Shown here: positions 47,864-57,501 of the stretch, one piece after another
Position numbering within the stretch: position 1 is the stretch's first letter
How the letters are laid out: every line of letters starts with the position of its first letter
Origin: a virus
Virus record (IMG/VR): IMGVR_UViG_3300020433_000743
Location: 5,471 to 69,470 of that record
Length of the DNA stretch: 64,000 bases
Direction: 5' to 3' (one strand)
Position numbers and translations under genes: made by a program
The notes under the pieces: generated by a model
What the model was told of the DNA's origin: nothing
The model's input: only the letters and a program-made list of their open reading frames with translations
The model's database searches: none

Positions 47864-50364
47864 TAGGAGAAAAATGATTCTAACGTTACAGTTTTTTCTA
47901 CATTCCAACCAATCGCATCAAGAATTGCTTTGAGTGGTTCCACGAAACTCTTCTCGAATTGTAGGTCATAATCAATGTATTTGTCAAGTCCAAGTTCTTT
48001 AGGAAAATCTTGAATGAATGATACAACGTTTTCCTGTATAGTGTTCGGTTTTCTAAGATAGAGAAACTTGACCTTCTCTCCATTACCGATAAGTGAATAC
48101 TTATTAGTCAACTTTTTCTGTTTAACATAATGGTTGAATAATAATGCACCCCGTATATGTATAGGAGTTCCCTTTGCATATATCGTAGAGGATGCCTGAT
48201 ACTTGCGAACATCAGATGCAGTACGAGGAAATGCTATGTCTTCTGGTGGTAATGTTTTGAATTCCTTACGACATGCATCAATGTAATCAATCACTTCATC
48301 TTCTGTTCCATTCATCATTATCTTCAATGCATCTTTAATCATTGTGCGACATGGTGCAGGAGTAGAAGACTTAACTGCTTCAATACCCATCATCTTTAGT
48401 TTGGGTTCATCATATCTAACTCCCTCACTATCCCATACATTTAAGATGTATCTTTTCTTTGCAGTCCAGATACCACGATCAGCAATGTTCTCACGTTTCA
48501 TCACCATCTTGTTATCATACGCATTTACGTACGAGGCCAACGTCTCATAAGAACTCTCAATATACTTTTCAAATTCCACTTCACACACCTTATTAAGGAA
48601 CGTGCAAATCCCCGAACCATCCTTCTCTCTATCTTTGTATACGACCTCCACCAAAGGCCCAAGATTAAGATAGATGGAATCAGTATCTGAAGCAATAACA
48701 TAATCTTCATTCTCCGTTTTTAATATTTTGTTTAAGTACCTATTCATGCGGTTCTCTATCCAACGAATAGAAACCTGACCAGATAGTGTAATAGCTTCTG
48801 CGTTGGCAAGTTTATAATAGCGAAAATATTGATTGCCAATAGCACCATAAGCACTATTAAGTTGAATCTTCCTCGCCATCTGAATGTTGTTACATCTAGC
48901 GATCTCCTTCTCCAACTTTTTAGATTTTTTCTTTTCATACTCCTGCTTTGCTTGTAGCATTTTCTTTTTGTAAATGGTTCGATCTTTATAGATCTTCTCC
49001 ATTAGTTCTGGTAGGAAACCACGAACATCCTTTCGATACATTGCACCATTTGCACAGATTGCATTATCCTTATGCATCTCAAAAGTCAATTCCTCATTAA
49101 GTATTTTATCAACAGTTGCTGTTGGATGTTTTTGTTCAAGGAGTGTCTCTGGGGAAATATTATATTGCATAATAAGATGAGGGTACAGAGAGTTAAGGTC
49201 AAAACTAACCACCCAATCATACTTGCCTGGTATTGGTTCTTTTACATAAGCACCTGCGTACTTTGCGTCCTTATCAGTTTGTTCTTTAGGAGGAATAACA
49301 ACATTTCTTTTTTTAAGATAGTTGTAGATAATTGTATCCCACATACGAACTTGAGAGAATACATCAGCATAGTTTGCCTTAGCATCATAAGCCATAACTA
49401 TTGCTAGTTCAATCAATTTCATCTTGTCTTCCAGACGGTCAACAAGTTCAACGTCAATGATGTTGTATTCTACAAACTTCTGCCAACCTTTTGTATAGAA
49501 ATCCTTGAATGTATCAAACTCTGAGTGATCAAGTTTTTTCTCTCCAAGTTCAACACTAGCAATATAATCCAAACGATATGATTCTTGTGCCTTGTATGTA
49601 AACTTCTTATACAGATTGAGATAATCAAGTTGAGTTACACCACCAATATCATAAGATATTTGTTTACGACCCATTATATGGATTTCTCTTTCAGTCACTA
49701 ATCCCCATGGAGACATTCTCCTCATTAGTTTCTCACCAAGAACACGATCAAGTCTTCTGGTCAAATATGGAATATCATATAGTTCACTGTTCCATCCAGT
49801 CACAACCTCTGGTGTATTTTCTTCTACCATCCACCAGTTAATAAAACTAAGTAAGAGTTCATACTCCGTTTTAAATGATTTGTATATTACATTGTCTTGT
49901 TTATTATCAAAATTTCCTAGACCCCATGTACGAATCTGTTTGGTATTATAATCTTGAAGACTAATGAGTAGAATTTCTTCAGCAGCAGATTCTACATCAG
50001 GGAAACCATTCTCTGACTTTACCTCAATATCGAGTGTAGATATTTTAATCTTGTTTATATCAAACTTTATCTCATCCTCTGGATACTGCTCAGAAATATA
50101 CTGGTATATAAATCTCTCATTACCAAAAACTTTAAACCCTTCTACACCATCATACTTCTTTATAAAATCTCTACTCTCACGTACAGTTCCAGGCTTGACT
50201 GCCTCAACATAATCACCTTCTAAGGTTTTATACTTGGTCTTCTTATTAGAAGAGACAAAAAGGGTTGGATAAAACTTCTCTCTGTTCGCAAAATGTTTTC
50301 CATTTTCGTAACCACGAACTAAGAAGTTGTCTCCAACCATCTGGACGTTTGTATAGAATCGCAT
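47863..50364 (-). CDS. gp43: DNA polymerase B (T4 gp43)
   Basis: DIEV exonuclease motif, SFDLNSLYP, KIQLNSAYG and SDTDS; uninterrupted. Confidence 0.98.
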   Translation of the reverse strand: MRFYTNVQMVGDNFLVRGYENGKHFANREKFYPTLFVSSNKKTKYKTLEGDYVEAVKPGTVRESRDFIKKYDGVEGFKVFGNERFIYQYISEQYPEDEIKFDINKIKISTLDIEVKSENGFPDVESAAEEILLISLQDYNTKQIRTWGLGNFDNKQDNVIYKSFKTEYELLLSFINWWMVEENTPEVVTGWNSELYDIPYLTRRLDRVLGEKLMRRMSPWGLVTEREIHIMGRKQISYDIGGVTQLDYLNLYKKFTYKAQESYRLDYIASVELGEKKLDHSEFDTFKDFYTKGWQKFVEYNIIDVELVDRLEDKMKLIELAIVMAYDAKANYADVFSQVRMWDTIIYNYLKKRNVVIPPKEQTDKDAKYAGAYVKEPIPGKYDWVVSFDLNSLYPHLIMQYNISPETLLEQKHPTATVDKILNEELTFEMHKDNAICANGAMYRKDVRGFLPELMEKIYKDRTIYKKKMLQAKQEYEKKKSKKLEKEIARCNNIQMARKIQLNSAYGAIGNQYFRYYKLANAEAITLSGQVSIRWIENRMNRYLNKILKTENEDYVIASDTDSIYLNLGPLVEVVYKDREKDGSGICTFLNKVCEVEFEKYIESSYETLASYVNAYDNKMVMKRENIADRGIWTAKKRYILNVWDSEGVRYDEPKLKMMGIEAVKSSTPAPCRTMIKDALKIMMNGTEDEVIDYIDACRKEFKTLPPEDIAFPRTASDVRKYQASSTIYAKGTPIHIRGALLFNHYVKQKKLTNKYSLIGNGEKVKFLYLRKPNTIQENVVSFIQDFPKELGLDKYIDYDLQFEKSFVEPLKAILDAIGWNVEKTVTLESFFS

Positions 50365-50615
50365 TATGTAATAAGTTTTTCGTACTTTTTAAGTAGAGTT
50401 GCCTTAGGATCAACAAGGGTCAATATCTTATCTGATGATATCATAATTTCACGTTGATTGCTAACATCTATTAACCATTGTGAAAGAGTATCCTTATCAC
50501 CTATAAGATAAGGATCAATTAATTTACAATCAGGTTCACCTAATTCAGTTGATACTTCTTCAATCTGTGAAATTAATTTCTGATGATTCGTCAGGAGTAT
50601 AATCTTTATCGACAT
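50364..50615 (-). CDS. Conserved hypothetical protein
   Basis: GEPDCKLIDP...SDKILTLVDP; paralog-like to the next gene. Confidence 0.7.
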   Translation of the reverse strand: MSIKIILLTNHQKLISQIEEVSTELGEPDCKLIDPYLIGDKDTLSQWLIDVSNQREIMISSDKILTLVDPKATLLKKYEKLIT

Positions 50616-50913
50616 TTATTCTTTCCTCGTAAATTTCTTTTAGTCTAGGTACAGGTTCAACAATAGTAACTAACCAATCAGCCCTAACAGGTATTTTTCT
50701 CTCATCAGAAAATATAAGCCATGGTGATAACATTACTTCAACATCATGTTTACCAGTTTCTCTTTGTTCTTCTGTTAAAAACTCAGGTGGTCTAGACTCT
50801 ATAACATAAGCGTTTTGAAAAAGATAACCATGTAGTTTCTCATCAGCAACTAATTCTTTTACATCTGATATCACATGTTCACCAGATTTTAATATAGCAA
50901 GTTTTATAGACAT
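50560..50913 (-). CDS. Conserved hypothetical protein
   Basis: MSIKLAILKSGE...DWLVTIVEP. Confidence 0.75.
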   Translation of the reverse strand: MSIKLAILKSGEHVISDVKELVADEKLHGYLFQNAYVIESRPPEFLTEEQRETGKHDVEVMLSPWLIFSDERKIPVRADWLVTIVEPVPRLKEIYEERINVDKDYTPDESSEINFTD

Positions 50914-50933
50914 TGTTTTTATCGGTTAATAAT

Positions 50934-50962
50934 AGTATAGCATAAAAAAAGAGGACAGTCAA
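50934..50962 (-). promoter_or_regulatory. Sigma70-type promoter for the gp43 operon; overlaps the hsp20 terminator
   Basis: TTGACT-N17-TATACT with TGn. Confidence 0.7.
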
Positions 50963-50979
50963 CTAAGTTGGCGGCCCTC
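50944..50979 (-). terminator. Rho-independent terminator after hsp20
   Basis: GAGGGCCGCCAAC-TTA-GTTGACTGTCCTC (imperfect stem) followed by T7. Confidence 0.7.
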
Positions 50980-51004
50980 GGTTCCATCTCGAACTCATGG
51001 TTAT

Positions 51005-51436
51005 TTATATGTAATCCTTACGAGCATGATGCTCTGGAACAACTTTGTTTAAGTTAACAGTTAAGAGTCCATCTTCAAACTTGACGGATCCAATCTCCGT
51101 ATCGTCGGTGATCGTCCAAACTCGTTCGAAGGAACGTTGGGCCAGTCCTTTATAGACATATTCTCCAACATTTTCTGATTCTTCTTTCTTACCTTCGACA
51201 TATAATTTTCCAAACTCTGTGTAGACTTTAACTTCATCTTTTTTGAAGCCCGCCAATGCAATCTCAAGTTTTGATTCATGGTTGTTTAGTTGTATCAAAT
51301 TATATGGTGGGTAATTTGATTGCGGTGATTCGTTAAAAAATCTATTTAGATAGTCATCCATTCCTATGCCATTTTGTCTTATCACCTTCATTAGTTCTGG
51401 AAGGTTGGCTGTATGATAAGTTGCTAAGTTAGTCAT
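51005..51436 (-). CDS. hsp20: Small heat-shock protein (IbpA-like)
   Basis: NYPPYN, IALAGF, GLAQRSF and DGLLTV motifs. Confidence 0.95.
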   Translation of the reverse strand: MTNLATYHTANLPELMKVIRQNGIGMDDYLNRFFNESPQSNYPPYNLIQLNNHESKLEIALAGFKKDEVKVYTEFGKLYVEGKKEESENVGEYVYKGLAQRSFERVWTITDDTEIGSVKFEDGLLTVNLNKVVPEHHARKDYI

Positions 51437-51490
51437 GATAGTTCTCCTTTAAAAGCGAGTGTTTAGTTTTTGTACCCGAAGCGTACACTA
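51437..51490 (-). promoter_or_regulatory. hsp20 5'UTR with two hairpins; ROSE-like RNA thermometer candidate
   Basis: A UGUAC-GC-UUCG-G-GUACA hairpin, then CUCGCUU-UUA-AAGGAG pairing the SD. A TATAAT box lies at 51494-51499. Confidence 0.55.
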
Positions 51491-51517
51491 CTAATTATAT
51501 CTTAAACTACTTTTATG

Positions 51518-51664
51518 CTAGGAGGACAACCCAACAACATAGGTTCGGGTTTCGTCTTCACTCTTTACTTGGTACGTTTTACCGCACCTTTTTTTTACTG
51601 TTGCCTTTAGTGGATTTGCATTGAAAGAAATCTTAGCAATATCTTCTGGTGTAAATTTTCTCAT
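51518..51664 (-). CDS. Small basic hypothetical protein (48 aa)
   Basis: MRKFTPEDIAKISFNANPLKATVKKRCGKTYQVKSEDETRTYVVGLSS; ATGA overlap with the upstream gene. Confidence 0.4.
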   Translation of the reverse strand: MRKFTPEDIAKISFNANPLKATVKKRCGKTYQVKSEDETRTYVVGLSS

Positions 51665-52215
51665 TGGAATTTGGGGCCTGAATAAAAAAGTGTTATGCTG
51701 TGTCTTTTTCCTTTTGTTACTGGAGTAACTCTATGAGGAATGCTTGATTTAATTATAACAACATTACCTGGTTTTGCAAGTTCTCCAACTTCTCTTTCTC
51801 CACCATTACCAAATATAAAAAATTTACCTCCTTCATATGGTTCGAGTGAAGCATTGATTAACATTGTGAATTTAATATCATAGGTTGCACTATTAGATCC
51901 ATCACAATGCCAACCATACTCTCCTTTGTGCTGACTAGAATATTCATTTAGTCTTATGTAATTAGCATCATATTGAGGCCAAATATTATAACCAAACTGT
52001 TCCTGATTGATTCTTAAGAATGCTTGCTCTAATGGTTCGAATGGTTTTTTAAAATGAATCCATTGAGCCATTTTAACATTTGCTATCTTAGTTACACCAA
52101 TAGCAGGTTCATCTTCCGCATCTGCTGTTACTTTAGAAAATGCATCATGTAGTTGTACTAAATCTTCAGATGAAAAAATGTCAGGAAAATACCAATATGC
52201 TAAATTAGTTATCAT
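51661..52215 (-). CDS. 2OG-Fe(II) oxygenase (PiuC/P4H-like)
   Basis: YGWHCD, YEGG and HRVTPVTKGKRHS motifs. Confidence 0.85.
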   Translation of the reverse strand: MITNLAYWYFPDIFSSEDLVQLHDAFSKVTADAEDEPAIGVTKIANVKMAQWIHFKKPFEPLEQAFLRINQEQFGYNIWPQYDANYIRLNEYSSQHKGEYGWHCDGSNSATYDIKFTMLINASLEPYEGGKFFIFGNGGEREVGELAKPGNVVIIKSSIPHRVTPVTKGKRHSITLFYSGPKFQ

Positions 52216-54598
52216 TTATATTCCAGATTCTATCACAATAATCTTTTATAGATCTATCAGAGGAGAAGAAACCAGATCTTGCGATGTTCAACAATGACAT
52301 TCTATTCCATGTATCCTTTTTTGTCCAGGCCTGACTGACTTTATCTTGAGCATTGATATAATCCTCAAAGTCAGCCATTACAAAAAATGGATCATTATTT
52401 TTTAAATTATATATTAAAGGTGAGAACATATCTCTATCACCTGCACTGAAATGTCCACCCTCAATAAGACGTATTGCTTCACCTAATTCTGTACCAATAT
52501 AATGTTGTGGATCATAATGATTCTTTTGCAGTTCAGCAATCTCAGATTCAGTCTTACCAAATAAGAAGAAGTTCTCCTCACCCACAAGGTCACGTATCTC
52601 TACATTAGCACCATCTAATGTACCTATAGTCAGAGCACCATTCATTTGGAACTTCATGTTTCCTGTACCTGATGCTTCTTTACCTGCGGTAGATATTTGT
52701 TCTGATAAGTCGGCAGCAGGATATACTTTCTCTCCTAGTTTTACACTATAATTTGGTAGGAATATAACTTTTAAAAGATCTCTACTATCAGGATCATTAT
52801 TAACTACCTCTGCAATATTACAAATAAAGTTAATAATCATCTTAGCCATATAATAACCTGGTGCTGCTTTACCACCAAAGATTACCGTGCGTGGAACAAT
52901 ATTATCTGTCTGTCCATTTTTAATACGAAGATACTGTACAATAACTTCAAGAGCACGAAGATGTTGTCTCTTATATTCATGTATTCTTTTAACATGAACA
53001 TCAAACATACTTAAAGGGTTAACAGTAATACCGAGATTATCTTGAATATAAACAGATAACTCATGTTTACCAAGTAACTTAGTTTGTTCAATCTTTTCTA
53101 ATGCTTCTACATCATATTGATTGTCTTCTAACTTTTTAAGTGACTCCATATTAGTAATCCAATCTTCACCAAGATATTCATTTAAAAAATCCTTAATCAT
53201 AGGAGACACCCATCTGCGTGGAGTAACACCATTAGTTACGTTAGTAAACTTATGAGGCCACAAGTCATAGAAATCAGGCATTAAGTTTGTCTTAATCAAT
53301 TCCGAATGTAATGCTGCAACACCATTAACATGATGAGATCCTACAGTTGCAAGATGAGCCATACGAACTGACTTACTACCAGACTCATCAATAATAGATA
53401 ATTTACCTAACATAGATTCATCACCAGGATAATTCAATCTTACTGTCTGTAAGAACCTAGCATTAATTTCATAGATAATTTCTAAATGCCTTGGTAGTAG
53501 ATATTTGAATAAACCAAGATCCCATTTTTCCAATGCTTCTGGAAGTAGAGTATGGTTTGTATATGCTATAGACCTAGTTGTTATATCCCATGCAGTATCC
53601 CAATCAAAACGTTTATCATCTACAAGTAATCTCATCAATTCTGCAACAGCAATAGAGGGATGAGTATCATTAAGTTGTACTTGATATCTGTCTGGAAAAT
53701 CTTCTAAAGGTACTCCACACTTTTCTAAGTTACGAATCATATCTTGAAGAGACGCACTTACAAAGAAGAACTGTTGTTTCAATCTAAGTTGTCTTCCTTG
53801 ATCTGTACCATCATTAGGATAAAGAACTTTAGATATAGTTTCTGATTGTACTCCTTGTTCTACTGATCCAAGATAGTCACCTATGTTAAATGCATAGAAG
53901 TCAAATATCTCAGTAGCATCTGCTCTCCATAGTCTTAGTCTATTACAACTATCAACTCTATATCCTAACTGTAATACATCATAAGGAACTGCTACAACCT
54001 GTTCTTCTGGAACCCAACGACATCTGTAATTACCATGATCTGATGTATAGTGTTCTACCTTACCACCAAATCCTACAAGACAAGACTCATCTGGATAACA
54101 CATCTCCCATGGCCAATCTCCATGCAACCAGTTATCAGTAACTTCTATTTGTTGTCCTTCTTTTATTTCTTGTTTAAATATACCAAACTTATATCTTATA
54201 CCATAACCAGTAGCAGGTACTTTCAGAGTCGCAAGAGACTCCATATAACATGCAGCAAGACGACCAAGACCACCATTACCTAATCCTGGTTCTTCTGCTA
54301 ATTCTAGCACCTGATCTAATGTTGTATTATAATCCTTTACTGCTTCTTCTGCTTCTTTATATACACCTAAATTTAAAAGATTATTTCCTAACTGTGGGCC
54401 AATCAAAAATTCTGCAGAAAGATATGCTACTTTTTTTTCTACACTACAAATATCAGGTGCAAGATGATAGTCTATCATCCTATCCCTTATAGCATAACAC
54501 AATGCCATGTAGATATCATGAGATGAAGCAGTCTCAGATCTCTTCCCTAATGTATAATAAAGACGATTCTTGATTGCAACAGATAAATTACTCGTCAA
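52205..54598 (-). CDS. glgP: Glycogen/starch phosphorylase (GT35)
   Basis: GLGNGGLGRLAAC, LRLKQQ, QLNDTHP, YTNHT, KRIHEYKRQ, EASGTGNMKF (PLP lysine), GTLDGANVE and FSSDR; 797 aa, full length. Confidence 0.97.
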   Translation of the reverse strand: MTSNLSVAIKNRLYYTLGKRSETASSHDIYMALCYAIRDRMIDYHLAPDICSVEKKVAYLSAEFLIGPQLGNNLLNLGVYKEAEEAVKDYNTTLDQVLELAEEPGLGNGGLGRLAACYMESLATLKVPATGYGIRYKFGIFKQEIKEGQQIEVTDNWLHGDWPWEMCYPDESCLVGFGGKVEHYTSDHGNYRCRWVPEEQVVAVPYDVLQLGYRVDSCNRLRLWRADATEIFDFYAFNIGDYLGSVEQGVQSETISKVLYPNDGTDQGRQLRLKQQFFFVSASLQDMIRNLEKCGVPLEDFPDRYQVQLNDTHPSIAVAELMRLLVDDKRFDWDTAWDITTRSIAYTNHTLLPEALEKWDLGLFKYLLPRHLEIIYEINARFLQTVRLNYPGDESMLGKLSIIDESGSKSVRMAHLATVGSHHVNGVAALHSELIKTNLMPDFYDLWPHKFTNVTNGVTPRRWVSPMIKDFLNEYLGEDWITNMESLKKLEDNQYDVEALEKIEQTKLLGKHELSVYIQDNLGITVNPLSMFDVHVKRIHEYKRQHLRALEVIVQYLRIKNGQTDNIVPRTVIFGGKAAPGYYMAKMIINFICNIAEVVNNDPDSRDLLKVIFLPNYSVKLGEKVYPAADLSEQISTAGKEASGTGNMKFQMNGALTIGTLDGANVEIRDLVGEENFFLFGKTESEIAELQKNHYDPQHYIGTELGEAIRLIEGGHFSAGDRDMFSPLIYNLKNNDPFFVMADFEDYINAQDKVSQAWTKKDTWNRMSLLNIARSGFFSSDRSIKDYCDRIWNINDN

Positions 54599-55022
54599 CT
54601 TTTTTCTTCTTGCTACCTATATTATACTTTGTTTCAAGTATCCAGTCATCTTTGTCTCTATATGCTAATACTTTGATCTGGTTTAAAGGAGCAATATCTT
54701 GTATCTTAGTTACATCCACAATCCCAATAAGTCCCCAATCAGCAAGAAGCTGAGCAATACGATTCCGACGCTGAACATCGTTAGAAGTAAGGTTAGCGTG
54801 TTTCCCGTCAAGAGCAAAAAGTTCTTTAAAGTGGACAAGGTAATACCTCCCTTGTTTATGAAGTATATGACAACTTTGATATATCTTTTTCTCTTTCCTT
54901 GATGCTACTCCGATTCTAGTTAGAGTCTCTCTAACTTTTAAAAAGTCATCTGGTTCTTTTAATGTAACTTCTACCATTTGATCGGTAGTCCATTTCACTT
55001 CAGGCTCTTGCACCACACTCAT
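54588..55022 (-). CDS. regA: Translational repressor RegA
   Basis: DDFLKVRETLTRIG and QSCHILHKQG.YY.VHFKE motifs. Confidence 0.97.
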   Translation of the reverse strand: MSVVQEPEVKWTTDQMVEVTLKEPDDFLKVRETLTRIGVASRKEKKIYQSCHILHKQGRYYLVHFKELFALDGKHANLTSNDVQRRNRIAQLLADWGLIGIVDVTKIQDIAPLNQIKVLAYRDKDDWILETKYNIGSKKKKVDE

Positions 55023-55402
55023 CGTTTTCCTCCAGTTTCAAATTTCGATTTTATAAAATTAAGTTGTTCAGTTGTGAGGATTTTAAGAGCTTGTTTTGCT
55101 TTCTCGTTACTATAACCATAATAACGTTTTACCATGTCAAGATCTTTAATCTCATCTTTACGGAGCCAAGGAGAGAATCTCTTCTTAGGTCTGAGTGTAT
55201 TTAGATAAAAATCATATTGCAACTTTTTAGGTAAAAAATGATACTGATTCATTTCATTTGCAAACATGATTGAATCTAGGTGACCAGAATAAATACGGTT
55301 CACAATATAGGGTGCATAGTCCTTCTCCAATGAAGGATCTTCTTCAATAAGATTTTTCTTTGTTTGGTTAATTGAGTTCAACCAATCTTTCAATTCAGTC
55401 AT
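55019..55402 (-). CDS. gp62: Clamp loader small subunit (T4 gp62)
   Basis: ANEMN, KKRFSPW and YYGYSNEKA motifs. Confidence 0.93.
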   Translation of the reverse strand: MTELKDWLNSINQTKKNLIEEDPSLEKDYAPYIVNRIYSGHLDSIMFANEMNQYHFLPKKLQYDFYLNTLRPKKRFSPWLRKDEIKDLDMVKRYYGYSNEKAKQALKILTTEQLNFIKSKFETGGKR

Positions 55403-55911
55403 GATTTAATAAATTTATATGCTAGTGAGACTCTAAATCCAGTGTAATATCTATGCGTTCCATCTGCATAGTGTGTTATATGAGATGGAAACATTATAGC
55501 ACGGTTTGGTTTATATCCAATAATTTTTGTTGGTTCGTTACCATCCTCTGAAAAGATAAGATGACCACCCCAGTTTATTTCCCATACTGGATTTGGATAA
55601 TATAGAAAGGTATAATCTCCATCATCTGTATGAGGATTTCCTGACTGGCCTGCTGATTGACCATTAGCATATATTCTGCGTACTCTATAAGATATCCCTA
55701 GTTTATGGCAGATAATATCATACAAATATTTACTGAAGTATTCTTCTTTATGGAGTTTATCCATATGCCAAAACCAATTATTATTGTTGCCTCCACTTGG
55801 AGCCCACTTAGGTCTTAACAATAGATCAAAGATCTCCTTTCTAATATCTTCAGTAAAGAAATTATCATAGACATTAATACTAGGAGTAATAACAACCTTA
55901 CTTAATTCCAA
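55399..55911 (-). CDS. 2OG-Fe(II) oxygenase
   Basis: PHTD, WGG, FPSHITH and RVSLAYK. Start uncertain (55911 or 55941). Confidence 0.8.
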   Translation of the reverse strand: MELSKVVITPSINVYDNFFTEDIRKEIFDLLLRPKWAPSGGNNNNWFWHMDKLHKEEYFSKYLYDIICHKLGISYRVRRIYANGQSAGQSGNPHTDDGDYTFLYYPNPVWEINWGGHLIFSEDGNEPTKIIGYKPNRAIMFPSHITHYADGTHRYYTGFRVSLAYKFIKS

Positions 55912-56066
55912 TGTCGGATTACCCCCGCAATAATAAAGCAATTAGTGATAAGATAACTGAAAAATATAAGAGTCCGTACCACAAGTACGTGATTGTCATA
56001 TTTTTTTGTTCGCTCGTCTGCGAATGATCCGAGTGCATACTTCCAGATTCTCCAGAGCCTAATCAT
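55902..56066 (-). CDS. Small membrane protein
   Basis: WRIWKYALGSF...IIAGVIRHW family. Confidence 0.7.
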   Translation of the reverse strand: MIRLWRIWKYALGSFADERTKKYDNHVLVVRTLIFFSYLITNCFIIAGVIRHWN

Positions 56067-56703
56067 ATTTAATCCAATGCCGATCTTCACGACGTGTATT
56101 ATCTATCTTCCTATTAAAAGGAAAACTAACAGATAGTCTTTTAGTATGTGATGTTGCTAAATGAGGATAATATCTTGGTATCCAAATAGCATCACCTGGT
56201 TGCATATCAACGTCCAATATAGGTTTTTGATCAATCTCTATCTTAACATCTTTCTTATCTTTTAGCAATTCCTCAGGATTAGAAACTGCCTCCCATACTT
56301 TAAAATTTGTTGTTCCCTCACATTGAACTATAACATTATCACTCATATCAAAATGAATTTCAAATGGATGTACTGGTTTTAAATTACGACACAAGTAAAT
56401 ATGTGCATCTGTTTCTTGATCATATTCATCTTCTAAATTTTTAGCAAACTCATTTATTTTTTCTGTAACTCTAGACATGTCTGTAAAATAACAAACACCA
56501 CTTTCCTCAATAATTTTTTCTAGTAAACTAGACGGATAACAATTAGCATCAGTGCACCAGTAATTATTTTTCCATGTATCAGTTCCTTCTCCAAATACCC
56601 TCACTCTACGTACAGACATTAAAGGTCTTATATTAAGAATATCAGACATTTCTTTCCAAGATAATAAATTAGGATAGTATCCTTTTTCAAATTTAGGAAT
56701 CAT
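56059..56703 (-). CDS. JmjC/cupin-4 family oxygenase
   Basis: IHFD..NVIVQCEG, PGDAIWIPRYYPH and RLSVSF motifs. Confidence 0.8.
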   Translation of the reverse strand: MIPKFEKGYYPNLLSWKEMSDILNIRPLMSVRRVRVFGEGTDTWKNNYWCTDANCYPSSLLEKIIEESGVCYFTDMSRVTEKINEFAKNLEDEYDQETDAHIYLCRNLKPVHPFEIHFDMSDNVIVQCEGTTNFKVWEAVSNPEELLKDKKDVKIEIDQKPILDVDMQPGDAIWIPRYYPHLATSHTKRLSVSFPFNRKIDNTRREDRHWIKYD

Positions 56704-57353
56704 TTATCTACAAGATACACGTTACCAGAAATTGATATACGCTTTTCATCTGACGTATAGAATGGATTTACTCCATGATACATTTTGGCGGGGAAAAATA
56801 CCATAGACCACTCCCATTTACTATCAAGGTTTATATGGTAAGACTCTTGCCCACCAAGAGTGCTATTATATGAAAAATAAAATGCTGAAGTCTCATTACC
56901 CTTTACCTTTGGATATACTTTTTGTTCTTTCATATAATCAAAAGGTATCTTCACCCAAATTACAAATGAAAATGAACCTGTATGAATATGGGCTGGATTA
57001 AAATCATACTTACTTTGATAGTTAACCCATAGTTCACCTAACTGGAAATCAGGATTCTTTTGCTGAAGTTTTTCTAAAGGTAAAATTGAAGCAAGATAGT
57101 TTGCTTGTACTCCAGTCATACTTGGATGCAAATTAAATTGTTCCATATACTGGTATGATAATAATTGTGCAAACCTAGAAACTTCTTTAGTTATAGGAAG
57201 TGTATATTCTTCTTGAAGATGACCCCTGAGAGTGTTTCTAGCATCTTGTCCATGATTCTGCATAGAAGAAAGCAGTTCTTCTCTCACGGACTGAGGAACA
57301 ACCGCATGTAACCAACCTGGTGATTTTATCCAGTGGGGTTTAATCTGTATCAT
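56700..57353 (-). CDS. Putative 2OG-Fe(II) oxygenase
   Basis: WVNYQ, FNPAHIH, HGVNP and RISISGN motifs. Confidence 0.8.
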   Translation of the reverse strand: MIQIKPHWIKSPGWLHAVVPQSVREELLSSMQNHGQDARNTLRGHLQEEYTLPITKEVSRFAQLLSYQYMEQFNLHPSMTGVQANYLASILPLEKLQQKNPDFQLGELWVNYQSKYDFNPAHIHTGSFSFVIWVKIPFDYMKEQKVYPKVKGNETSAFYFSYNSTLGGQESYHINLDSKWEWSMVFFPAKMYHGVNPFYTSDEKRISISGNVYLVDK

Positions 57354-57501
57354 ATTTTTTTAATTGTGCCTCCAATACATATTCCATACTCTCAATATTT
57401 TCCCTTAAATAATCTTCCCAAGGATTTCCCTCTATATGATCATGCAAATGAGCAAGATGATTTAAAGCAAATATCAATTTGGTTTTATCATTCAACTTCA
57501 T
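57340..57501 (-). CDS. Small hypothetical protein
   Basis: MKLNDKTKLIFAL start. Confidence 0.55.
   Translation of the reverse strand: MKLNDKTKLIFALNHLAHLHDHIEGNPWEDYLRENIESMEYVLEAQLKKYDTD

Noticed and set aside
30716-50364. Possible introns or inteins in nrdB, nrdA, gp41, uvsX or gp43
   Set aside because: All are continuous and of normal length, with no intein termini or embedded homing endonuclease.
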